Of a stretch of DNA of 52,354 nucleotides, positions 30,550 to 40,968 are shown piece after piece. Both the position numbers and the translations under genes were made by a program. This DNA comes from an uncultured bacterium (GTDB lineage: Bacteria > Cyanobacteriota > Cyanobacteriia > Phormidesmidales > Phormidesmidaceae): NCBI GenBank assembly GCA_964452545.1, contig CAYVMR010000001.1, forward strand, positions 1 to 52,354, written 5' to 3'. Position 1 is the first letter of the stretch. Every line of letters starts with the position of its first letter. The notes under the pieces were generated by a model. The model saw only the letters and a list, made by a program, of their open reading frames with translations, did no database searches and was not told where the DNA came from.

Positions 30550-30841
30550 GATGTTTTGTCAAAGCAGGCCTGGCAATCTAAGGGCAAATGTCCCAACAAA
30601 AGTTAACATAGTAATTAATAAAGTTTAGCTCAGTGCAGTTCTGAACCCCTGGGTGGGGTCAGCTGCTGTAGTCACTATTCAAGGCAAAGCGCCCTTAGTC
30701 CTGCTGGGGATTTTTAGATCTGGCCAAGCCCGATCAAGAGCTCAAGCAGAGCGGCGGCGGTTGTCTAGCGGGGTCGACTGACGGCTGCTGGGCTGCTGGG
30801 CTTAGCCAACTCCCTTCCCATACCTGACGCAGGAGCGATTT

Positions 30842-31243
30842 ATGACTGGATTTATTCGCGGACTATTTAGTGGCAAAGCCAAGAATCCTGGTGAGGCCGA
30901 TCGCCCGGTGCAACCGGAACCGCCGATGATCGAGAGCGCCGGAGGAGCCTTTTACCTGGATCCCGATGATGCTAAAACCTACGGCAACATCGATTACATG
31001 CGATCCTCCAAAACCGTGCGGCGCACCTTTGCCAAGAAGCGGGGAGAAACCGAGGAAAAGGAAAGTATTAAGAAAATCTCCGCCATGGAGGCGGTGAAGC
31101 TCGAGGAAAACGGTTTACCCAAGCCTAAGCAAGTTACCCCCCAGGCTAGCTTTGAACCATCGATCAGCCCTAGCTTTGACCGTCGTAAGGTTGATACTAA
31201 CCTGGATATGTTTCGACAGATGGCTAAGGATATCAAGAAATAA
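30842..31243 (+). CDS. Hypothetical protein, likely conserved in cyanobacteria
   Basis: AGGAG RBS. Motifs FYLDPDDAKTYGNIDYMR and RRK.D..LDMFR.MAKDI. A terminator follows. Confidence 0.82.
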   Translation: MTGFIRGLFSGKAKNPGEADRPVQPEPPMIESAGGAFYLDPDDAKTYGNIDYMRSSKTVRRTFAKKRGETEEKESIKKISAMEAVKLEENGLPKPKQVTPQASFEPSISPSFDRRKVDTNLDMFRQMAKDIKK

Positions 31244-31264
31244 ACTGGGGTGAGGATAGAGCTG

Positions 31265-31295
31265 ACAGGACGGAACCTAACTCCGTCCTGTTTTT
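31265..31295 (+). terminator. Rho-independent terminator
   Basis: ACAGGACGGA-acctaac-TCCGTCCTGT 10-bp stem followed by a T run. Confidence 0.85.
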
Positions 31296-31332
31296 GCTGA
31301 AAAACTATAATGACTAACCTGGGAGAGCGGCC

Positions 31333-33033
31333 ATGCTAAGGCTAGAACACATCAGCAAGATTTATCCGACCGGAGAGGTGCTTAAGGACGTTAATTGGGA
31401 GGTCAAGGCGGGGGATCGGATCGGCCTGGTGGGGGTCAACGGGGCGGGCAAATCCACCCAGTTGAAAATCATCACAGGACAGATCGAACCCACCAGTGGG
31501 GCGGTGGTGCGAGCCGCCAGTCTCAAGATTGCCTATCTCTCCCAGGAATTTGAGGTGGATATCAATCACCGAGTGCGGGATGAATTTTGGACTGTGTTTG
31601 CTGAGGCCAATCAGGTACAAACCCGTCTCCATCAGATCCCCGATCAGATGGAGCAAGCAGACCCCGACCAACTGGAGCGGCTGATCCACGAGCTTGACCA
31701 GCAGCAGCGACGCTTTGAGGCCCTGGGGGGCTACGGTCTAGAATCCCGCATTGAGAAAATTCTGCCGGAACTGGGGTTCACCAGCACCGACGGCGATCGC
31801 TATGTCCATGAATTTAGCGGTGGCTGGCAAATGCGCCTGGGCCTGGGTAAGATTTTGCTCCAGGAGCCCGATGTTCTGCTGCTAGACGAACCTACCAACC
31901 ATCTGGATTTGGATACGATTGAGTGGTTAGAGGGTTATCTCAAAGGCCTAACCACCCCAATGGTGATTGTCTCCCACGATCGAGAATTTCTAGACCGGCT
32001 CTGCACCCAAATCGTGGAAACGGAACGGGGCGTGTCAACCACGTACCTGGGCAACTACAGCACCTACCTGAGCCAAAAGCAGGAGAACCTGGCCGCCCAG
32101 CTCAGTAGTTTTGAACGGCAGCAGAAGGAATTGGCCAAGCAACAAGCCTTTGTGGATCGCTTCCGGGCCAGCGCCACCCGCAGTACTCAGGCCAAAAGCC
32201 GCGAAAAGCAACTGGAGAGAATTGAGCGACTTGAAGCTCCAGATAGCGGCGTCCGCACCCTCCACTTTCGCTTTCCGCCCGCTCCCCGCAGCGGTCGAGA
32301 GGTGGTTACCATCACTGATTTGACCCACAGCTACGAGGACAAAATTCTTTTCCTGGGGGCCAACTTGTTAGTGGAGCGGGGGGATCGAATTGCCTTTCTG
32401 GGTCACAATGGGGCGGGCAAATCAACCCTATTACGGCTCATTACTGGGCTGGAAATCCCCACCGATGGCGAAGTCCACCTCGGTCCCCACAACGTCATTC
32501 CCAGCTACTTTGAGCAAAATCAGGCAGAAGCCCTGGACCTAGGCAAAACAGTCCTAGAGACGGTCCATGACGAGGTTCCCGACTGGACTAACGAAGAGGT
32601 CCGCACCTTGCTAGGTCGGTTTTTATTTAGTGGTGATATGGTCTTCAAGCGGGTACAAGCCCTCAGTGGAGGAGAAAAAGCCCGACTGGCTTTGGCTAAA
32701 ATGCTGCTGCGCCCGGCCAATCTGATGATTCTAGACGAGCCCACCAATCACCTCGACATTCCCGCCAAGGAGATGCTAGAGGACGCCCTGCAACACTACG
32801 ATGGCACCGTGTTGCTAGTGTCCCACGATCGCTACTTCATCGCCCAGGTCGCCACTAAGATCGTAGAAATTCGAGAAGGAGAACTGCGTCTCTACCGGGG
32901 CGACTACCACTATTATCTCGATAAACTGGCGGAGGAAGCCGAGATCGCTCGTCAAGCCGCTGAAGCAGAGGCTCAAAAGGCTAAGGCAGAGGCCAAACGA
33001 CAAAAGCAAAAGGCCAAGTCAACCACTCGCTAA
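31333..33033 (+). CDS. ABC-F family ribosome-associated ATPase
   Basis: Two ABC domains (GVNGAGKST, FSGGW, LDEPTNHLD; GHNGAGKST, LSGGEK) with an interdomain linker and no TM segments. TATAAT at 31306-31311. Confidence 0.95.
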   Translation: MLRLEHISKIYPTGEVLKDVNWEVKAGDRIGLVGVNGAGKSTQLKIITGQIEPTSGAVVRAASLKIAYLSQEFEVDINHRVRDEFWTVFAEANQVQTRLHQIPDQMEQADPDQLERLIHELDQQQRRFEALGGYGLESRIEKILPELGFTSTDGDRYVHEFSGGWQMRLGLGKILLQEPDVLLLDEPTNHLDLDTIEWLEGYLKGLTTPMVIVSHDREFLDRLCTQIVETERGVSTTYLGNYSTYLSQKQENLAAQLSSFERQQKELAKQQAFVDRFRASATRSTQAKSREKQLERIERLEAPDSGVRTLHFRFPPAPRSGREVVTITDLTHSYEDKILFLGANLLVERGDRIAFLGHNGAGKSTLLRLITGLEIPTDGEVHLGPHNVIPSYFEQNQAEALDLGKTVLETVHDEVPDWTNEEVRTLLGRFLFSGDMVFKRVQALSGGEKARLALAKMLLRPANLMILDEPTNHLDIPAKEMLEDALQHYDGTVLLVSHDRYFIAQVATKIVEIREGELRLYRGDYHYYLDKLAEEAEIARQAAEAEAQKAKAEAKRQKQKAKSTTR

Positions 33034-33264
33034 ACCCTTCTGACCAGGTCTGGCAGAGGGGGTGAAGGTCCACAAATATAGGGCGATCGCCCCTGACCAT
33101 CAGGAAAATTAATGTCACTCACCCCGATCAAGGGAGGCCGTTGTAGAGTAGGATTCCTTGATATATAACATGATTTAAAATGCTAACCCTGATCAATCAT
33201 TCTTTAAATGATAGCCCTAACCCCGTGCAACGCAGCGGACTCCAAACCTTGCCAAACTCTCGCC

Positions 33265-33316
33265 GTTAACGTCTCTGTTACGTTAATGTCTCTGTTAAAC
33301 AACGTCTCTGTTAAAC
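33265..33316. repeat. Three tandem copies of AAYGTCTCTGTTA (period 16-17 bp)
   Basis: AACGTCTCTGTTA at 33268-33280, AATGTCTCTGTTA at 33285-33297 and AACGTCTCTGTTA at 33301-33313. Confidence 0.9.
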
Positions 33317-33491
33317 GAAACCAGACGAACTCGACTTCGGTCTTACCAATCAACTCTATCCTCAGCGTTCTGGCCAAGGCTATCTTTACTCAATCAGATC
33401 GTTTCTATACCTGATCTAACATCCTGATGGCTCTCAAAAGCCAAATGGTATGATTGCTGCACGCTAGTCAAAATCCCAAGGATTCTTACCC

Positions 33492-35090
33492 ATGAATCAA
33501 CCGCCTGTACCGCCGATGGTGCTGATTATCCTGGATGGCTGGGGATATCGGGATAGTACGGATGGCAATGCTGTAGCCATGGCTAAAACCCCGATTATGG
33601 ATAGTCTTTGGGCCGCCTACCCCCACACTCTGATTCAGACCTCTGGTAAGGACGTTGGCCTCCCCGATGGACAAATGGGTAACTCAGAGGTCGGTCACCT
33701 GAATATTGGCGCTGGCCGCATTGTTCCCCAGGAATTAGTGCGGATTTCCGATGCGGTCGAGGATGGTAGCCTCCAGGAAAATCAAGCCCTGCTGAATGTT
33801 TGTCAGGCGGTGCGCTATCGCGGTAGTAAGCTGCATTTGGTGGGTCTTTGTTCCGAGGGTGGGGTCCATTCTCACCTCAGCCATCTCTTCGGTCTGCTGG
33901 ATATGGCTAAGGCCCAGGATATCGAGGATGTTTGCCTCCACGTGATTACCGATGGTCGCGACACCAAGCCCACGGAGGGCAAGACAGCCATTCAAAAGAT
34001 TCAAGACTACGTCGAACGGATTGGTCTGGGCCGACTGGTTACCCTCAGCGGTCGTTACTATGCTATGGATCGAGATAACCGTTGGGACCGGGTGGAAAAA
34101 GCCTACCGGGTGATGACCGATCTGGGTCCAGGCACTGGTCAGACCGCCGTGGCCGCCCTCGAGGCCTCCTATGGGGCAGATATTAATGACGAATTTGTCG
34201 AGCCAGTGCGACTAGCCCCAGGGGCGATCGCCCCTGGCGATGGGGTAATCTTCTTTAACTTTCGGCCTGATCGGGCAAGGCAGTTAACCCAAGCCCTGAT
34301 AGACCCTGACTTTAAGGCCTTTGAGCGGGAGTTCATTGATCCCCTCTTCCTGGTTACCATGACCCAGTATGATCCTGAGTTGCCAGTCAAGGTAGCCTTT
34401 GAACCCCAAAACCTCAGCAATATTCTGGGCGAAGTGCTGGCTAGCCATGGACTAAAACAATTTCGTACGGCGGAAACCGAGAAGTACGCCCATGTCACCT
34501 ACTTTTTTAATGGCGGCCTAGAGGAACCCTTTAGGGGTGAAGATCGGGAACTGGTGCCCAGCCCCATGGTGGCCACCTACGATAAGGCCCCTGCCATGTC
34601 GGCGGAGGCGGTCACCAATACGGCCCTGCGGGCGATCGCCCAGGGGATTTATTCCCTAATCGTGATCAACTATGCTAACCCCGATATGGTCGGCCATACC
34701 GGCAAAATGGAGGCGGCTGTAACGGCGATCGAAGCGGTCGACACCAACCTGGGGCGCTTACTAGAGGCGGTGAGTAAGGCAGGGGGCACCGCCATGATTA
34801 TTGCTGACCATGGCAATGCCGAGCTGATGTGGGACGAAAATCTCAAACCCTGGACAGCCCACACAACTAACCCCGTCCCCTTCATTGTGGTGGAGGGGGA
34901 ACGACTCAAGGTGCCGGGCTACGGCGGAGAGGTCAAACTCCGGCAGGATGGTCGTCTTTCCGATGTGGCACCCACGATTTTGCAAATTCTGAACTTACCC
35001 CAACCCCAAGAAATGACGGGTCGGTCCATGTTCTTGCCTGCCGATGTCGATATTCGCAGTAACCGCACGCCGGTCAGGCTTTCCCGTTAA
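33492..35090 (+). CDS. gpmI: 2,3-bisphosphoglycerate-independent phosphoglycerate mutase
   Basis: ILDGWG, GQMGNSEVGH, GRYYAMDRD, ETEKYAHVT, DMVGHTG and ADHGNAE motifs. Confidence 0.97.
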   Translation: MNQPPVPPMVLIILDGWGYRDSTDGNAVAMAKTPIMDSLWAAYPHTLIQTSGKDVGLPDGQMGNSEVGHLNIGAGRIVPQELVRISDAVEDGSLQENQALLNVCQAVRYRGSKLHLVGLCSEGGVHSHLSHLFGLLDMAKAQDIEDVCLHVITDGRDTKPTEGKTAIQKIQDYVERIGLGRLVTLSGRYYAMDRDNRWDRVEKAYRVMTDLGPGTGQTAVAALEASYGADINDEFVEPVRLAPGAIAPGDGVIFFNFRPDRARQLTQALIDPDFKAFEREFIDPLFLVTMTQYDPELPVKVAFEPQNLSNILGEVLASHGLKQFRTAETEKYAHVTYFFNGGLEEPFRGEDRELVPSPMVATYDKAPAMSAEAVTNTALRAIAQGIYSLIVINYANPDMVGHTGKMEAAVTAIEAVDTNLGRLLEAVSKAGGTAMIIADHGNAELMWDENLKPWTAHTTNPVPFIVVEGERLKVPGYGGEVKLRQDGRLSDVAPTILQILNLPQPQEMTGRSMFLPADVDIRSNRTPVRLSR

Positions 35091-35137
35091 CCGCCGCGGA
35101 GCGGTATCATGACAGTAGTTTTTTAGAACGTGACCCC

Positions 35138-35380
35138 ATGCTTGCAAAAACCCTTGTCCAGGTACTGTGGCTAGTTTCCGCGGTCGGTCTAACCGCATTA
35201 GTTTTGTTACATAGCCCCAAGGGAGATGGTTTAGGCGGTCTTGGGGGGCAGGCCCAGCTCTTTACCAGCACTAAGAGTGCGGAAACCACCCTAAATCGGG
35301 TTACCTGGGTTTTAACCGCCCTATTTATGGGGTTAACGGTGATCTTAAGTGGTGGCTGGTTAGACGCGCCAACCCCCTAG
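35138..35380 (+). CDS. secG: Preprotein translocase subunit SecG
   Basis: LVLLHSPKGDGLGGLGGQAQLFTSTKSAETTLNRVTW. Located after gpmI. Confidence 0.95.
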   Translation: MLAKTLVQVLWLVSAVGLTALVLLHSPKGDGLGGLGGQAQLFTSTKSAETTLNRVTWVLTALFMGLTVILSGGWLDAPTP

Positions 35381-35401
35381 GATTGGCGCTGATGATCAGA
35401 G

Positions 35402-35674
35402 TTAGTCTTCGTCCGAGGGGTGTAGATTGCTATCTAGAAGACTCACCTTAGACTGTTTCAGCTCCTTCCAGAGGCGCTTTATTTCTTCGTAGGCTTCACT
35501 GGGCGAGATTTTACCTCCGGTCTCTAGGTTGCAGACGAAGGAAATCCGCTGGGCAAATTCCTGTAGGTTGGCATTGAAAGCCAGTCGCTGAGGGCTAAAC
35601 TCCCCCCAGTACTTACTACGCGGAAACAGAAAATCTTCTTTTTTGGCGGGATCAGGGGATGGGCTATCAGGCAT
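35402..35674 (-). CDS. Small hypothetical protein, conserved cyanobacterial type
   Basis: FL.PRS.Y.GEF.P..L.FNANLQEFAQR....CNLET.GK....AY..IK.LWK.LK pattern. Confidence 0.8.
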   Translation of the reverse strand: MPDSPSPDPAKKEDFLFPRSKYWGEFSPQRLAFNANLQEFAQRISFVCNLETGGKISPSEAYEEIKRLWKELKQSKVSLLDSNLHPSDED

Positions 35675-35876
35675 GGAGGGAGTAGGTTGACAGAGTTTAA
35701 ACGCATGAATTACTCCACAGCATAAACCAGATTTCCCAAGAGGGTAAGTGCATGACTAGGACCAATCCTGTATACTAGCAATCCACTGAGCAGCCTACCT
35801 ATCCGTGAAAGCATAGTTAGGCTGTTGAGCACGGCTGCAGGGGTGTTGGAAAAACCTCGGTAGGAGATAGCCCCCC

Positions 35877-37697
35877 ATGGTCAGATTGCCATCTATTCTT
35901 GGGCATACCGCCAGATTGCTCACCGCCGTCCTTACCTGTCTGCTCATGGGTTCAGGGGCGACCGGGGCCGTCGCCGCCGATCGGCTGGTGCTGCGCTGGG
36001 GTCCCCTATCCCAAGCTATTCGGCTTGAGGATTTAGAAAGAGCGACAACCGGGCAGCCAACCCTGAAGCCCCATCGGGCTAGCCTCTGGTTATGGCCTCA
36101 GATCAAAGACAGTTTGATCAGACCCCTGAGCCTTGACCCCCGGGTCAGTCAGTGGGCTCTCAAGGATTTGGTCCAAACCGAGACCGGCCAACAAATCAGA
36201 GATTCGCTGCGCATCCTCTTTCCTAACCTGGTGATTGAGGAGGTCCTCGAGGTGGTCAACGGGGCAGCGGAGTTAGGGGCACCGCTAACCGTCCTCAATC
36301 TGCTGCGACAGCTACCCCAGGAGACGGTGGAGATCAATGGCCTGGCTTGGCTCAGAATGGCTATGCACCTCTATATGGCCCGATCGGAAAGGGTGATCGT
36401 GGGTTGGGTGATGCGGGGACAACCGGTGGTGCTGGCCCAGGCATCTGCCCAGACAGGGTTAGCCGATCCCTTTGTGGCAGGGGCCTCATCGGTAGACCGT
36501 TGGCAGCTAACGTTACACGATCCGAGCCGCGATCGCACCATTCCCCTGGATATCTACTGGAGTCCAGACAGCCATGGTCCCCTGGTGGTGTTCTCCCACG
36601 GCTTTGGCGCCAATCGTCGGTTCTTCGCCTACCTGGCTCACCATCTGGCCTCCCACGGCTTAACCGTGGTAGCGGTAGAACACCCCGGCAGCAATGTTAA
36701 TGCCCTGTTGCAGCCACCAGAACCAGACCCTACGGGTGGCGAGCCGCCATCAATCTTGCCCGCCCAAGAGTTTCTTGACCGGCCCCAGGACATTAGTTAC
36801 GTGCTTGACCGATTGGCGATCGTTAACCGCTTTTCCTACAGTCTGCGGCACCGCCTCAATACTGACCAAGTTACCCTGGTGGGCCATTCCTTGGGGGGAT
36901 ACACCGGCTTAGCCCTGGCCGGCGCCCCCCTGGATCTAACCTGGCTAGAACACCGTTGCCATAGCGGCGATCCCCTCTCCTTGACACCGACGGACTGGCT
37001 GCAGTGCGCCGCCCTCGACTTACCCACCCGGTATGCCAACCTGGAGGATCGGCGGATCACCCAGCTGATTCTCCTAAATCCCCTAACCGGTTTACTGTTT
37101 GGCCAGTCGGGGCTGAGCCAGGTGCAGGTGCCCACCCTGATGCTAGCCAGCAGCCAGGACAGTATCACACCGCTGCCCAGCCAGCAACTCGCCCCCTTTG
37201 CCCAGTTGTCTGGGGAAAAGTACCTGCTGACCGCCATTGGCGCGTCTCACCTGAGTGCCGGAGATCCCGATAGCCTCAATCCTCAGCTGCGTCAACTACC
37301 CCTGATGCCAGCCCTGCCGGACGGCACCACGGCTAGCCTGCGTTATTACCTGCAGGGGGTGAGCTTAAGTTTTATTTTGCAGCAAACCCCGGCCAGCTCA
37401 GCCTATGGAAGGTTTCTCAGTCCTGATTATGCCGATCGCTTCTCCACTGACCATATTGCACTGCGATGGGGCGACGATCTACCCCAGGGTTTGCTGGCCT
37501 GGTCACGCCGCCAACAGCAGCAATCCCACCGTCGCCGGCCGCTGATCGGCGGTGGGGTGGCCCTGGTGCAGCTCACGGCGATCGCCCTGGAGAGTCAGCT
37601 GCAGGCCCTAACCCAGGGCCTCCGCCAACAACTACCTGGGTCCTGGCCAGCCCTGACCAGGGCAAAGGAGCCACTTGGCCTCTGGGTCCATCGCTAG
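35877..37697 (+). CDS. Secreted alpha/beta hydrolase with an N-terminal DUF1400-like domain
   Basis: Signal peptide, SHGFG, HPGS, FLDRPQDIS and nucleophile elbow GHSLGGYT. Confidence 0.88.
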   Translation: MVRLPSILGHTARLLTAVLTCLLMGSGATGAVAADRLVLRWGPLSQAIRLEDLERATTGQPTLKPHRASLWLWPQIKDSLIRPLSLDPRVSQWALKDLVQTETGQQIRDSLRILFPNLVIEEVLEVVNGAAELGAPLTVLNLLRQLPQETVEINGLAWLRMAMHLYMARSERVIVGWVMRGQPVVLAQASAQTGLADPFVAGASSVDRWQLTLHDPSRDRTIPLDIYWSPDSHGPLVVFSHGFGANRRFFAYLAHHLASHGLTVVAVEHPGSNVNALLQPPEPDPTGGEPPSILPAQEFLDRPQDISYVLDRLAIVNRFSYSLRHRLNTDQVTLVGHSLGGYTGLALAGAPLDLTWLEHRCHSGDPLSLTPTDWLQCAALDLPTRYANLEDRRITQLILLNPLTGLLFGQSGLSQVQVPTLMLASSQDSITPLPSQQLAPFAQLSGEKYLLTAIGASHLSAGDPDSLNPQLRQLPLMPALPDGTTASLRYYLQGVSLSFILQQTPASSAYGRFLSPDYADRFSTDHIALRWGDDLPQGLLAWSRRQQQQSHRRRPLIGGGVALVQLTAIALESQLQALTQGLRQQLPGSWPALTRAKEPLGLWVHR

Positions 37698-37838
37698 CCA
37701 TCGACGGCCTAGCGGCATACAGGCCGCACCAGGGGCCTATACTATTGCTAAGATTCCCCTAGTTTTGGTAGAAAACCTAAGTTTCTACGGTACAAGAGCA
37801 ATAAACGATCATCAAGAATTGCCGTTAGAGGGTTACCT

Positions 37839-39524
37839 ATGCCTGAGAATTTGAAAAGCCAGGTGATTACCCAGGGGGTGCAACGTTCCCCAAATCGTGC
37901 CATGCTGCGGGCCGTTGGCTTTGGCGACGAGGACTTTAGCAAGCCAATTGTGGGCATTGCCAATGGCTTTAGCACCATTACCCCCTGCAACATGGGACTA
38001 GACGACCTGGCCCGGCGGGCCGAGGCCGGCGTCCGGGCGGCGGGGGCCATGCCCCAGCTATTTGGCACCATCACCATCAGTGATGGCATCTCCATGGGCA
38101 CCGAGGGGATGAAGTATTCCCTGGTGTCGCGGGAGGTGATTGCGGACTCGATTGAGACGGTCTGCAACGGCCAGAGTATGGATGGGGTGCTGGCCATCGG
38201 TGGTTGCGATAAAAATATGCCCGGGGCCATGATTGCCATGGCTCGCCTAAACTTGCCGGCAATTTTTGTCTACGGGGGCACGATTAAGCCAGGGCACTAC
38301 GACGGTGAGGACCTGACGGTGGTGAGCGCCTTTGAAGCGGTGGGTCAATTCAGTGCCGGCACCATTACCGAGGAGCGATTGCTGGCGGTGGAACGCCACG
38401 CCTGTCCAGGGGCGGGGTCCTGTGGCGGCATGTACACCGCTAATACCATGTCCTCTGCCTTTGAAGCCATGGGCATGAGCCTGATGTATTCCTCCACCAT
38501 GGCCGCTGAGGATGGGGAAAAAGCCGACAGTGCGGAAACATCCGCTGAGGTGTTGGTGCAGGCCATTCGCCGACAGATTTTGCCCAGCCAGATTCTCACC
38601 CGCCAAGCCTTTGAGAATGCCATTGCGGTGATCATGGCGGTGGGGGGATCAACTAATTCGGTGTTGCACCTGCTGGCGATCGCCGATGCCATCGGCGTAC
38701 CCCTGACCATTGATGATTTTGAGACTATCCGACGGCGAGTGCCAGTGCTGTGTGACCTCAAACCCTCGGGGCGCTTCGTCGCCACCGACTTTCATCGGGC
38801 TGGAGGCGTACCCCAGGTGATGAAAATGCTGCTCCACCAAGGCCTGCTCCACGGTGAGGCGCTGACGGTGACCGGGCAAACCATCGCCGACCTGCTGGCG
38901 GAGGTGCCAACAGAGCCCCGGCCAGACCAATCGGTGATTCGGCCCTTTGACCAGCCCCTCTATACCCTGGGGCACCTGGGCATCCTCAAGGGTAACCTGG
39001 CGACTGAGGGGGCGGTGGCCAAGCTGACGGGGGTCAAACAGCGCCAGGTCACCGGTCCAGCCCGGGTGTTTGAATCGGAGGAGGAGTGCCTGAAGGCGAT
39101 CCTCGCTAAGGCCATTCACCCCGGTGACGTGATTGTCATTCGTTATGAGGGGCCCCGCGGCGGGCCGGGTATGCGGGAAATGCTAGCTCCCACCTCCGCG
39201 ATCATTGGGGCAGGCCTGGGGGATTCGGTGGGTCTGATTACCGATGGCCGCTTCTCTGGGGGGACCTACGGCATGGTGGTGGGCCACGTCGCGCCGGAAG
39301 CGGCGGTGGGCGGCACCATTGCCCTAGTGGAGGAGGGTGACTCGATCACCATCGACGCTGATCGCAACCTGCTACAACTGAATGTACCCGAAGCAGAATT
39401 AGCCAAACGGCGAGCGGCCTGGGTCGCCCCACCGCCCCGCTATCGTCGAGGGGTATTGGGTAAATATGCCCGGCTGGTCTCCTCCAGTAGCCTGGGGGCG
39501 GTCACCGATCAGGATGGACCCTAG
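37839..39524 (+). CDS. ilvD: Dihydroxy-acid dehydratase
   Basis: [32 protein letters not shown] and TDGRFSGGT motifs. Confidence 0.97.
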   Translation: MPENLKSQVITQGVQRSPNRAMLRAVGFGDEDFSKPIVGIANGFSTITPCNMGLDDLARRAEAGVRAAGAMPQLFGTITISDGISMGTEGMKYSLVSREVIADSIETVCNGQSMDGVLAIGGCDKNMPGAMIAMARLNLPAIFVYGGTIKPGHYDGEDLTVVSAFEAVGQFSAGTITEERLLAVERHACPGAGSCGGMYTANTMSSAFEAMGMSLMYSSTMAAEDGEKADSAETSAEVLVQAIRRQILPSQILTRQAFENAIAVIMAVGGSTNSVLHLLAIADAIGVPLTIDDFETIRRRVPVLCDLKPSGRFVATDFHRAGGVPQVMKMLLHQGLLHGEALTVTGQTIADLLAEVPTEPRPDQSVIRPFDQPLYTLGHLGILKGNLATEGAVAKLTGVKQRQVTGPARVFESEEECLKAILAKAIHPGDVIVIRYEGPRGGPGMREMLAPTSAIIGAGLGDSVGLITDGRFSGGTYGMVVGHVAPEAAVGGTIALVEEGDSITIDADRNLLQLNVPEAELAKRRAAWVAPPPRYRRGVLGKYARLVSSSSLGAVTDQDGP

Positions 39525-39837
39525 CCCCGGGGCGGATGGGAGCGCTGGCTGACTAGCTAACGGACGAGCTCGGAAAAGCTATGGATCGCCCCCACCGATG
39601 ATGGAGTTAAACCATGCCAGGGCAACCTAAATTAACGATAGCGTCAGGGGATGACGGGCACTCGTCCGGGGATTTTTCAAGGAGACTTTAAAATTTCCCT
39701 GGGGAGAGTTTCCGGAAACTAGGAAAAAGCTCCGTAATATTATTCCAGGTCCCCATGATCGCCCTGGGTGCCAAACTACCAAATCTTAAGACTCACGGTT
39801 CACCGTTTCGCTGCTCAAGACACTCAAGTTAATTACT

Positions 39838-40206
39838 ATGAACGTAAACCTCCTATCCATTGGTCTAGCCAGTCTCAGCATGGCATCAATTGCCTTACCA
39901 GCCCTAGCTCGACCTGAAATCGCCAGTGGCGACCAGCTTTTAGATACCAATGTGCTGGGATGTTTGTCTCGGGCTGATCAGTTCATTGCCAACCTGGGTG
40001 TCACCTCAGCTCAGGGCAGCATTGATCGTACCGGCTACTTTGAAGATGGCAGCTTTCGCATTCTCTGCTACGAAGCGGGGGAAGAGAGCCTGGCGATTGT
40101 GTTTGCCTCCCATCAGCAGTCCATGGAGGTCGCCTCTAACTTTATCCGCATGGCCCTAGGGGAGCTACAGGGAATGCAATCCCTATCCCAACAGCCCGAA
40201 TCCTAA
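39838..40206 (+). CDS. Hypothetical secreted protein
   Basis: Signal peptide ending ALA-R; the mature region of about 98 aa has two Cys. Confidence 0.75.
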   Translation: MNVNLLSIGLASLSMASIALPALARPEIASGDQLLDTNVLGCLSRADQFIANLGVTSAQGSIDRTGYFEDGSFRILCYEAGEESLAIVFASHQQSMEVASNFIRMALGELQGMQSLSQQPES

Positions 40207-40326
40207 CCCCACCAACCGACGCCCGCCGCCATTGCCCCACGCCGGACGGGCCCACGGCCCCAAAAATTTGCTCTGCCACTGTAGTTCAAAAGAACTATAA
40301 TAGCAGGGCAGGGTCAGGAAGACACC

Positions 40327-40968
40327 ATGGTAAGGGAGCCGCAAAGCAGTGATGAACCTAGGGTCCAAGGGCTCATTACCCTTACTGTATGCTTCGCGAC
40401 TGGCGGGGCAATTGGGCTAATGACCCCAGATCCCCAGCCCCCCATGGCCCATGCCCAGTCTCCCCAGCCGCCCCTGGTGAGTGCTGCCACCAAATCCGCC
40501 TGGCAGGGGGCCTCGTTCCCGGTGGAAGCCTTTACGGGCTATACCTCTGCCTTTGGCTATCGTCAGCACCCCCACGGTGGGCGGCGGTTTCACTATGGGC
40601 TAGACTTCGCGGCACCCCTGGGTAGCTATGTGCGCAACTGGTGGGAGGGGAAGGTGGTGCGGGTGGGCAGCGATCGCCAATGTGGAGTGCATCTAATTGT
40701 CCAGTCAGGGCCTTGGAGCCATGTTTACTGCCATCTACAGGGGCAGGTAGTGTTAGAGAAGACCGGTGATTGGGTCTTGGTGGATCGACCGGGGGGCATC
40801 GAGGTTCGCCAGAACCAAGTCCTGCGATCGGGGCAGCGGATTGGCCGAGTCGGCATGACCGGAGCCACCACCGGCCCCCATCTGCACTGGGGCCTGAAAT
40901 ACCAAGGAGCCTGGGTTGATCCCGCCCTGGTGATTCGGGCCATGGCCGCTAGTCAGGCCAAGCCCTAG
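40327..40968 (+). CDS. M23 family metallopeptidase
   Basis: HYGLDFAA, YCHL and TGPHLHW motifs, with an N-terminal TM or signal segment. Confidence 0.9.
   Translation: MVREPQSSDEPRVQGLITLTVCFATGGAIGLMTPDPQPPMAHAQSPQPPLVSAATKSAWQGASFPVEAFTGYTSAFGYRQHPHGGRRFHYGLDFAAPLGSYVRNWWEGKVVRVGSDRQCGVHLIVQSGPWSHVYCHLQGQVVLEKTGDWVLVDRPGGIEVRQNQVLRSGQRIGRVGMTGATTGPHLHWGLKYQGAWVDPALVIRAMAASQAKP

Noticed and set aside
33265..33316. Possible mini CRISPR array
   Set aside because: Repeats of 13 bp with 3-4 bp gaps, no spacers and no cas genes.
33208..33414. 68-aa ORF spanning the tandem repeat upstream of gpmI
   Set aside because: No RBS, atypical AT-rich codons, and the repeat period (16-17 bp) is not a multiple of 3. 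Probably non-coding.
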